Source: a virus. From it: a DNA stretch of 64,000 nt. The notes beneath the pieces are model-generated. The model was given only the letters and a program-made list of their open reading frames with translations. It was not told the origin of the DNA and did not search any database. Location: positions 42,316 through 106,315 of IMG/VR virus record IMGVR_UViG_3300032291_002524. One strand, given 5' to 3'. Positions 56,779 to 64,000 of the stretch are shown piece by piece. Every line of letters begins with the position of its first letter. Positions within the stretch are counted from its first letter, which is position 1. Position numbers and translations under genes: made by a program.

Positions 56779-56807
56779 TTTTATTTTGTTTGGTGTATAT
56801 AATCTGA

Positions 56808-57380
56808 TTAAGATATTCCTAAGTCTTTAGCGTAAATATCTATGGCAGACTTAGCTTTAGGTGATTGTACCCATGTCGGTAAAGTTACCGACTCTCCTGA
56901 TTTTTGTGCTGCTCTATATTTCAACCCATTTTTTAATTTAATAACATCATCTAACATCATTTGATATACACTACTTTTACTACAACTACTACAATTTGGA
57001 TTACTTATTAAACTAGTATAATTTGTGAATTGTGAATTTATTGCTTCATCATACCCTTTAGGGTTTATTTTTTTGATTAACTCTTGACCTTCATTCTTAA
57101 AAAACTGTTGAACAACGTCAAGGTTCGTTATATTACCCCCCTCTTTAGTACCTGATTTAAGAGTTGCCACCATACCATTTAATTGTTTAACATCAAAAGG
57201 TATAAGAGTGTTTATCTTTTGGAGATACTGATTGTATAATTCATCTCTTTTATTCATCGACTGAGGATTGGTGTTTGTGCTACTTACAGATTGTTCACCT
57301 AAATAATGTCTTTTAGTTGCATCTTGGTGCATCCCTAAAATTCTATTTTTTTCTTCTTCAGATATTATCATTCTTTTCAT
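56808..57380 (-). CDS. Probable head-internal protein (ISEEEKNRILGMH leader)
   Basis: Leader motif plus TATTTAT box. Confidence 0.55.
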   Translation of the reverse strand: MKRMIISEEEKNRILGMHQDATKRHYLGEQSVSSTNTNPQSMNKRDELYNQYLQKINTLIPFDVKQLNGMVATLKSGTKEGGNITNLDVVQQFFKNEGQELIKKINPKGYDEAINSQFTNYTSLISNPNCSSCSKSSVYQMMLDDVIKLKNGLKYRAAQKSGESVTLPTWVQSPKAKSAIDIYAKDLGIS

Positions 57381-57421
57381 ATTAATATTTTACTTATAAA
57401 TATAATCCAAGTTAAAAAAAC

Positions 57422-57808
57422 TCACTCATATAGATGATTTTCTTTTTTTGGATATTCTTTATTATATTGTTTCAATAATCTTCCTGATTCCGCATTTGCT
57501 TCATCCTCATCAGGACCCCCAATATCTTGATTACCCTTTTTTCTATCAAATTGATGTTGGTGTTCATGTACCCACTCATGGGCTAATGTTCTCAAAATAT
57601 CGATAAACATTCTACCATCATCTAATACTTTTATAATACCTTCTTGATTTGACCCGGTGGTCATTCCATTTTCACTTTTATTTGTGAATTGTATTGTTAC
57701 ATTATTTTTAAGTTTATATTCACGATTTAAAAACTTAACAAAGTTCTGTAAGATGTCCAGTCTTTCTGGTTTCATGTTTTTTTTATCGTATTTAAATATA
57801 ACTTTCAT
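57422..57808 (-). CDS. Zincin-like HExxH protein
   Basis: DILRTLAHEWVHEHQ...EDEANA. Confidence 0.75.
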   Translation of the reverse strand: MKVIFKYDKKNMKPERLDILQNFVKFLNREYKLKNNVTIQFTNKSENGMTTGSNQEGIIKVLDDGRMFIDILRTLAHEWVHEHQHQFDRKKGNQDIGGPDEDEANAESGRLLKQYNKEYPKKENHLYE

Positions 57809-58149
57809 AGTATGTAATTAGTTTTAATAATACCAATACCTAATAATTTTATATCAGTTAATTCTTTAAAAGATTTTTCAAGTTCTTTTTCCAAATCAAT
57901 TAGATTAAGTTTTTTCTTTGTACATATTGCCATAATCCAAAAGTTTAAAGATTCTCCCTGATTTAATTTATCGTAACAATCTTTATCAATATGTTTCTTT
58001 ATTTTTGGTGATAATTTAATTGTAAAATCCCCGTAGAATGAACTCATCTTATGTCCAACTTTATTAACTGTGACTGACGCAACAAAATCAAACTTTCTTG
58101 GAATCAAGAAATTAAGTAATTTTTCATATGCAGAAACAGAAAATTCCAT
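57805..58149 (-). CDS. Hypothetical protein
   Basis: ATGA overlap with the next gene. Confidence 0.55.
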   Translation of the reverse strand: MEFSVSAYEKLLNFLIPRKFDFVASVTVNKVGHKMSSFYGDFTIKLSPKIKKHIDKDCYDKLNQGESLNFWIMAICTKKKLNLIDLEKELEKSFKELTDIKLLGIGIIKTNYIL

Positions 58150-58200
58150 GTTAATAAATATCATTTAATTCGAATATGATATTTATATTTATATATTATT

Positions 58201-58926
58201 ATGGAAAATAAAAAATTACAAGAACAAATAACAATTATGAAAACCCTAATGTCTGAACAAGAGACTAAAGAGGGTATGGTCGATGACATTAAAAAATTCT
58301 TGTACGATAAAATCAGTGGTGTTGTTAGTGGTACTAAATTAGGTAACGCTTTGGATGATTTATTACAAGGTGATACGCCAACTAAGGATGAATTATCATT
58401 TTTTGATTCAGACTCTAAAAATCTAAATGACAATGAAAAAAAAGAAGTATATTCTAAGGTAATGACTGACGATGACTTCTATAAAGCTATTTTATGGGGT
58501 TTGGGGTTACCTGTAACACAACGTAATATAGATTTCTTCAAGTTATGGAGAATTGCTGAGATGGGGGTTGAAAAAAATGGGACAGGTAAAGAAACCGCTA
58601 CTAATAATCCATTTAATACAACTTTTGATAATTTTTCAGATAAAAACCAGAGTAAATTTAACTTTGTTGGTGTTAAAAACTATTCTAAACCTGAATATGG
58701 TATTGAATCAACAGTTAAAACATTGAAAAATGGTTATTACAATTGTATCTTAGATGGGTTAAGAAATGGTTCCGATTATAAAGAAATTGCGTCTTGCAGT
58801 AGACGTGATGGTAAGAAAACGGCGATGGATACTTGGGGAACAACAACAAAAGGTTTGTTATCCGTTATTGAAAAATTCAAAAACAATCCAGGTGTTGCCA
58901 AAAAAATTGATATGAATTTAGAATAA
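58201..58926 (+). CDS. Lysozyme-like fold protein, possible virion muramidase
   Basis: W..AE...NNPFNTT...VKNY...GI..TV.TL. Confidence 0.55.
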   Translation: MENKKLQEQITIMKTLMSEQETKEGMVDDIKKFLYDKISGVVSGTKLGNALDDLLQGDTPTKDELSFFDSDSKNLNDNEKKEVYSKVMTDDDFYKAILWGLGLPVTQRNIDFFKLWRIAEMGVEKNGTGKETATNNPFNTTFDNFSDKNQSKFNFVGVKNYSKPEYGIESTVKTLKNGYYNCILDGLRNGSDYKEIASCSRRDGKKTAMDTWGTTTKGLLSVIEKFKNNPGVAKKIDMNLE

Positions 58927-59178
58927 TTCTGTATCAATATCACAATTTAAGATAATTCTATCCATATTCAACAATTTCAACAATCTACTTTTGATGTCGG
59001 AAATTATTGTTTGAAAACTTTTATGTTGGAATCTATATTCTTGTAAAAAAAGAACAATATATAACATGTTTTGATTTTCGGGTCCAACAAAAAATTTGAA
59101 TTCTTTTAATCCGAACTTATATAAAGGATTTTCCTCAAAGTTATGTATAATTTGCAAAATTGATGTTTCATCTATCAT
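58918..59178 (-). CDS. Hypothetical protein
   Basis: Short ORF. Confidence 0.45.
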   Translation of the reverse strand: MIDETSILQIIHNFEENPLYKFGLKEFKFFVGPENQNMLYIVLFLQEYRFQHKSFQTIISDIKSRLLKLLNMDRIILNCDIDTELF

Positions 59179-59266
59179 GTTTAAAAATTTACACAAAAAT
59201 AATTTTAGTGTAAATAAAAAATCCCCCACAATTGTGGAGGATTATCTAAAAAATATTTTTAATTGA

Positions 59267-59605
59267 TTACATTTTATTTACATCGTCTCTTTTACCTAAA
59301 AGTTCTTGTATTTCTTTCATTTGTTTTTCAATCATACTGAACTTATTTTTGATGACAGCGTTTTTATCACCGGTTAAACTATCATTTAATTTTTCAAGTT
59401 CGGTCTTAGTGCTGATGATTTTATCATAATATTTTTGAGCCGTTGATTTCTCTTTTTTTGGTTTTTTATCCATAGCAGGTTTGTTTGATGATTCAGTATT
59501 TTCAGGTGATGACATTCCGTGAGCACCAATGAACTGATTTTCTTTAACTACTTTTTCTATGATTGAAATCAATTGTGATTCTGTAAGTGTTACTGTCTTT
59601 TTCAT
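59267..59605 (-). CDS. Probable head-internal protein (LTESQLISIIEKVVKE leader)
   Basis: Leader motif plus TATTTAT box. Confidence 0.6.
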   Translation of the reverse strand: MKKTVTLTESQLISIIEKVVKENQFIGAHGMSSPENTESSNKPAMDKKPKKEKSTAQKYYDKIISTKTELEKLNDSLTGDKNAVIKNKFSMIEKQMKEIQELLGKRDDVNKM

Positions 59606-59633
59606 AATCTTATACTAATAAATATCTCGTATT

Positions 59634-60626
59634 TTATATTTTTTTCTTTCTTTGTAATTTATCAATTAAAATTTGTATGTCAATAATCTTTTTTTGTAAT
59701 CTATCGATTTCACTATCAACATTGGAACCGTATGAAAATTGTTTTTTAATATCTTTAATTAACACATTTTCCGACTCTTTTCTTGGTTTAAAATCCATGT
59801 TTGTTTGTAATGGTTCTTCATAAAATCTAACGAACGATTTATTATCGAAAATCTTATTTGGCTCATTTGCAAATACCATATATTTTTCACCATCAACAAA
59901 CATAATTCCTTTAACAAACCTTGGTTTATATTGTGTTGGGTTGTAATATTGTGATTTTACTTTATAATAAATTGAACCTTCACTATCTATATATTTTTGA
60001 GTCTTAGTTGAATCAAATGGTTTTACTTGAATTGAAAATGACGAACCGTCTTTTAATGTTACTACTAAATCTTGTCCGTGTGAAAAATCGGCCTTGGAAC
60101 CCGAACAAAACTTTTTAATATCTAAATCGCCAAATTTAGAGTTTAATATTTCAATTGCCTTTCTTTCCCTTATTTCACCTTTTTCAAATGTCGATTTATT
60201 TAAATCGACCAATATATTTGTGTATTTACCACCGGGTGATAAAAAGTCAGATGCGTTTTTTTCAAACCAAGTGTAAATATTATCATCACTACCCGATTCG
60301 TTATGAATTTCTTTGATTTTAGAATGAACCAAACCATTGGTATCAAAACGATTTACAATTGACCAATTGAATTTTTCTTCACCAGGATGTGAATATGAAA
60401 CAGGTCCGATAACACCTTCTTTTGTTTGACAAACGTCACTATATTCAGGATAAACTTCTTGTACGGTTCCCCATCTACTATTTGCAGGAATTGAATAACC
60501 ATTTAATCCATTATATATTTTATATAGATTATCTCTAATAATATTCGATAAAGTTTTGTCGTAAAGATATGCCTCAGTAATAATTTGAAGAACATGTTCG
60601 TCCAAAACTTTTAACATTTTCATCAT
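59634..60626 (-). CDS. Possible PD-(D/E)xK nuclease-fold protein
   Basis: GE.RE...D...GQDLVV......SIQVKP. Confidence 0.5.
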   Translation of the reverse strand: MMKMLKVLDEHVLQIITEAYLYDKTLSNIIRDNLYKIYNGLNGYSIPANSRWGTVQEVYPEYSDVCQTKEGVIGPVSYSHPGEEKFNWSIVNRFDTNGLVHSKIKEIHNESGSDDNIYTWFEKNASDFLSPGGKYTNILVDLNKSTFEKGEIRERKAIEILNSKFGDLDIKKFCSGSKADFSHGQDLVVTLKDGSSFSIQVKPFDSTKTQKYIDSEGSIYYKVKSQYYNPTQYKPRFVKGIMFVDGEKYMVFANEPNKIFDNKSFVRFYEEPLQTNMDFKPRKESENVLIKDIKKQFSYGSNVDSEIDRLQKKIIDIQILIDKLQRKKKI

Positions 60627-60770
60627 ACGTATAAATAGTTTTATTTTTTTTTAAAATTCTTTGTCTTTTCTGAAAATCGAAAATAATTATTATATTTTAT
60701 TAATAATATATATAATATATAATATTAATATATTAATTATTTATTATTATAGAACTTCTAGGCGTTTTTT

Positions 60771-61277
60771 TTAAACAAAAAATTCATCATCATTATCACC
60801 GTCTGAATAATCATCATCACCACTTCTATATAATCTTATGAAATTATCACTATAAACATCTTTAATATAACCAAACAATTCATCATAAAAATCGTAACCT
60901 TCAAATTCAGATATTAAAGAATTTATAATTTGATGAGTATATTCTAATTCATCTTCAAAATCAGTTGCATACGTTTTTGTTAAAATGTCATCCAATCTTG
61001 AAGAAGACATTAATGAGTCCCCCAAATCTTCAATGTTATCTTCAGGACCCATCATCATTTCCATCACAGGACCTGGTGTTATCGTATCTTTGGGTGCAAC
61101 ACCAGCAGAATAATTAACTTCCAATTGACGTGTAATTGCGTTTAACAACATTCTGCCTCTGTCAGGACCGAAGTCATCAAAATATTTTTTAATTGTCTTA
61201 TAAACATGAATTTCACGAGCATTATTTTCTTCAACCTCTTTAATAGATTTTCTAATCGATTCTTTGATATTCTTCAT
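60771..61277 (-). CDS. Acidic hypothetical protein
   Basis: IKESIRKSIKE leader. Confidence 0.6.
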   Translation of the reverse strand: MKNIKESIRKSIKEVEENNAREIHVYKTIKKYFDDFGPDRGRMLLNAITRQLEVNYSAGVAPKDTITPGPVMEMMMGPEDNIEDLGDSLMSSSRLDDILTKTYATDFEDELEYTHQIINSLISEFEGYDFYDELFGYIKDVYSDNFIRLYRSGDDDYSDGDNDDEFFV

Positions 61278-61508
61278 AATTGTTTTTATAAATAAATACT
61301 TCTATATTTCACTTATGACGGATTTAATCACACTTATATGGTCATTCTCCTTGCATAGATTATTAACGTTGAAAAGAAACCCTGTAATTAGTCTTAAACA
61401 CGAACTTGTAAAGTTCCTTGGATATGGTGTATTCTTCTTTATTGTTTTAACCGCAATATCATTAATTATGGTGTTATTTAATTAATGATAGACTATTTAT
61501 CGTAAGAC

Positions 61509-62732
61509 ATGAGAGATTTAATAAAGAAAATTTTAAAAGAAGCTGTTGGGGTTCCTTCTGATATTGAAAAAGCATCGGAAAACTTATATAATGATTTGAT
61601 TAACGAAATACGAGCACTTGATAATAGTGAATTAGAAGATATCGACTTGGATAATATTAAGTTTATGTTTATTAATCGGGATGGAAGATATTCATTTTCC
61701 GATTTTAAACCAAAACAAATTTTTATCAAAATAAATATAGGGTTTTATGACTCTACAGAATATACTGACCCGATGATTATTGGTATGGCACATGCGAATC
61801 GAGCAAAGATTGATGATGACTTAAGGATAGTTAGTGAACCGACCGATAATGTTAATTTAGAAATAAGTTATGTACAACCTAAAACTGATAATGATGTGAC
61901 CACGGATAAAATTATTAACACTTTAAATAATGATAAATCCGAGCATATAAGTTCATTATCACATGAATTAAAACACGCATACGACACAATAAAAAAACCC
62001 GAACAAACATTAAAATCAAGAACTAAATATGGTGCATATTCAGGAATTAGAACAAATATAAGACCACTTGATGAGTTTATGTATAATCTTTATTTTATTC
62101 ATGATGTTGAAAATTTGGTTAGACCCGTTGAAGTTTATACTGATATGATTCAAAACGGTGTTAAAACTAAACAAGAATTTTTGGATTTTTTTAAAAATCA
62201 AAAGGTGTTAAAAACACTAAAAAGGATATCGACATATACTTTTGACGAATTAATTGATGATTTGTCAAAACATGAATCAGATATTGATGATTTTTTAAGT
62301 GTAAAATTAAAATTAAATATTGATGGTTTGGATTTAGAACAAAAAGTACTCTTAACTTTAGAGTATTTCCATAAAATCATAAGAAATTATCTCTTATCCA
62401 ATTATGATAATACGTTAATAGAAAAAATGAGTGGTATGGATAGAATACTAAGTTTAGTATTTGGTGGGGGTACGGCATTATCAGAAAGAAATAAAAAATT
62501 AATGTCAAAATTAAATAATGACGCGTCAAAATTTGACAATAACCCGTTAGATTTCTATGATTATGAGATGAAAAAGTCAAAAATGGTTGCAGATAAGATG
62601 ATTAAAAAACTTTCTAAGTTATTTTCTTTACTTAATAACACTAAAACAATCAAAAATGAGATTTTTGACCCAAAAAATTTCGAGATGGACCAATTACTTC
62701 AAAAAATTAAACCAAGAAAATCACTTAAGTAA
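61509..62732 (+). CDS. HExxH protein with an LIKKILKE leader
   Basis: LSHELKHAYD. Confidence 0.65.
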   Translation: MRDLIKKILKEAVGVPSDIEKASENLYNDLINEIRALDNSELEDIDLDNIKFMFINRDGRYSFSDFKPKQIFIKINIGFYDSTEYTDPMIIGMAHANRAKIDDDLRIVSEPTDNVNLEISYVQPKTDNDVTTDKIINTLNNDKSEHISSLSHELKHAYDTIKKPEQTLKSRTKYGAYSGIRTNIRPLDEFMYNLYFIHDVENLVRPVEVYTDMIQNGVKTKQEFLDFFKNQKVLKTLKRISTYTFDELIDDLSKHESDIDDFLSVKLKLNIDGLDLEQKVLLTLEYFHKIIRNYLLSNYDNTLIEKMSGMDRILSLVFGGGTALSERNKKLMSKLNNDASKFDNNPLDFYDYEMKKSKMVADKMIKKLSKLFSLLNNTKTIKNEIFDPKNFEMDQLLQKIKPRKSLK

Positions 62733-62906
62733 TTGATTTATTTGGGATAAAATATTTTTTTGTTCTATTTCTAGTTTTTTAATTTGAAATTCTTGTTCTT
62801 CGGTTAGATTAACTTGTGTAAGTTTAATATCGGCGATTTTATTTCTAATATTATCAAAATTAGACATTAATTTTGAATACATATTTGCTTTTTGTTCGTT
62901 TGTCAT
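62721..62906 (-). CDS. Small coiled-coil protein
   Basis: 61-aa ORF. Confidence 0.55.
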   Translation of the reverse strand: MTNEQKANMYSKLMSNFDNIRNKIADIKLTQVNLTEEQEFQIKKLEIEQKNILSQINQLLK

Positions 62907-63045
62907 AATTATAATATAGTTTTTTATCTTAAAAAGTATACACTTAAAAAGTTGTACTGATGTCTATTGAAATACGTATTTCTCTATATGTCACCATGTG
63001 ATAGTTTTATTAACATAAATAATGTTCATATCTATTATGAACATA

Positions 63046-63318
63046 TTAAAGCAATAGTAATTCATCCTCAAGAATTTTAATTTGATTATTTATGTAATCC
63101 AGAATTAAATCTTTCATAATTTTCCCTTCAATTGAATCATCAATACTTATTTCGACATCTTTGTGTTTTAAACAAATTGGAAACGGATAACAATAGGAAA
63201 AAAAACCATCATCGGTTTTCTTTTGACTTAAAAATGTGTCAAGAGTGTGTTTAACCTCTTCAAGTTTTTCTAATTTATCATTAATAAAATTGGCTCGATA
63301 AAGGTTTTTCCGGTTCAT
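63046..63318 (-). CDS. Hypothetical protein
   Basis: ATGA overlap. Confidence 0.55.
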   Translation of the reverse strand: MNRKNLYRANFINDKLEKLEEVKHTLDTFLSQKKTDDGFFSYCYPFPICLKHKDVEISIDDSIEGKIMKDLILDYINNQIKILEDELLLL

Positions 63319-63569
63319 AACTTAATAATTCTTCGGTCCTCAAATGAATCAGGATTAATAAATTCATTCTCAAGGTATGACATTACGGTTCTCATCAATT
63401 CGGCCTCATGTTCTGATGAACGAATACATAAGGCAACAGCACCTGATAAAAATCTTGCCATTTGCTCAATCGTTAATTCTTGTTCTTTTGGATGAGATAG
63501 CTCAAAAGAAGTTTTTTTACTATCAACATCTACCTTAATATCAACAATAACTCTATAATTTTTCGTCAT
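63315..63569 (-). CDS. Hypothetical protein
   Basis: 84-aa ORF. Confidence 0.6.
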   Translation of the reverse strand: MTKNYRVIVDIKVDVDSKKTSFELSHPKEQELTIEQMARFLSGAVALCIRSSEHEAELMRTVMSYLENEFINPDSFEDRRIIKL

Positions 63570-63798
63570 AAAATTTTTTCAAAAAATATGAAAAATAAAT
63601 AACTAAATCAAATTCGTTTAATATCTAATATATAACCGCTTACTTCCCATTCTACCTAATTCTTCATCAAATGTAGAACCCAATCCAATAACATATGGAC
63701 TTGAAAATGATACACCAATAATTAATGGGTAATTTGTTAATAGAAACTCCTTTATTTCAGGTTTCAAATATATAGTTTCTACTTCTTTCAATATTTTT

Positions 63799-64000
63799 TT
63801 AATTATAAATTTTACCACTAACATTAACCATTTCTCTTATTTCTTTTTCAGAATATTTTATAGATATTGGGGTTTTTCGTAAATCCAAATCACCACCAAC
63901 GGATTGAAGGTTTCCAAGGGATTCGATTTCAGTTCCTAGTAAATCCAAATCACCACCAACGGATTGAAGGTTTCCAAGGGATTCGATTTCAGTTCCTAGT
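63799..64000 (-). CDS. 3' end of a fourth 20-aa-repeat LRR-like paralogue (runs off the window)
   Basis: Two identical 60-bp units (63881-63940, 63941-64000) encoding LGTEIESLGNLQSVGGDLDL, then cap KYSEKEIREMVNVSGKIYN*. Confidence 0.85.
   Translation of the reverse strand, partial: LGTEIESLGNLQSVGGDLDLLGTEIESLGNLQSVGGDLDLRKTPISIKYSEKEIREMVNVSGKIYN

Noticed and set aside
739-62580. Antisense and alternate-frame ORFs nested in long genes (e.g. 739, 3212, 9259, 11092, 14643, 20213, 24273, 58161)
   Set aside because: Shadow ORFs of AT-rich coding strands with no motifs or expression signals.
63618-63824. Intact 68-aa gene
   Set aside because: Its start lies inside the LRR-like gene 3' end. The IKKILKE leader without its own ATG suggests a truncated remnant.
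1-64000. Bacterial chromosome or eukaryotic giant virus origin
   Set aside because: Gene density, endolysin, T4-like ligase, homing endonucleases, deviant tRNA arrays and bacterial promoters and terminators point to a jumbo bacteriophage.

Overview
AT-rich segment of a jumbo (huge) dsDNA phage genome read in genetic code 11. The host is most likely a Bacteroidota bacterium: TAnnTTTG sigma-A promoter boxes recur, Shine-Dalgarno sequences are largely absent, the boxA reads GTTCTTTGACA, and one cargo protein has a T9SS-like C-terminus. Proteins include ClpC, ClpP and a UVR adaptor, an RNA end-healing and ligation kit, thyA interrupted by a GIY-YIG homing endonuclease, a GH19 endolysin, an SLT, an aminotransferase, LRR-like paralogues and many probable head-internal proteins. 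The RNA content is the unusual part. (1) About 28 tRNAs cover all 20 amino acids. (2) A tmRNA has a long non-host tag and a minimal HDV-like (theta-type) ribozyme fused exactly at its 3' discriminator base. (3) Two leader-peptide attenuators with boxA sit in front of the tRNA arrays. (4) The best candidate for an undescribed system is a family of 7 near-identical Leu-type tRNA 'shells' (plus 2 diverged relatives) whose anticodon and variable region is replaced by unrelated structured cargo of 27-130 nt, interspersed with several other large structured non-coding RNAs. All calls were made by eye; no database search or folding program was run.
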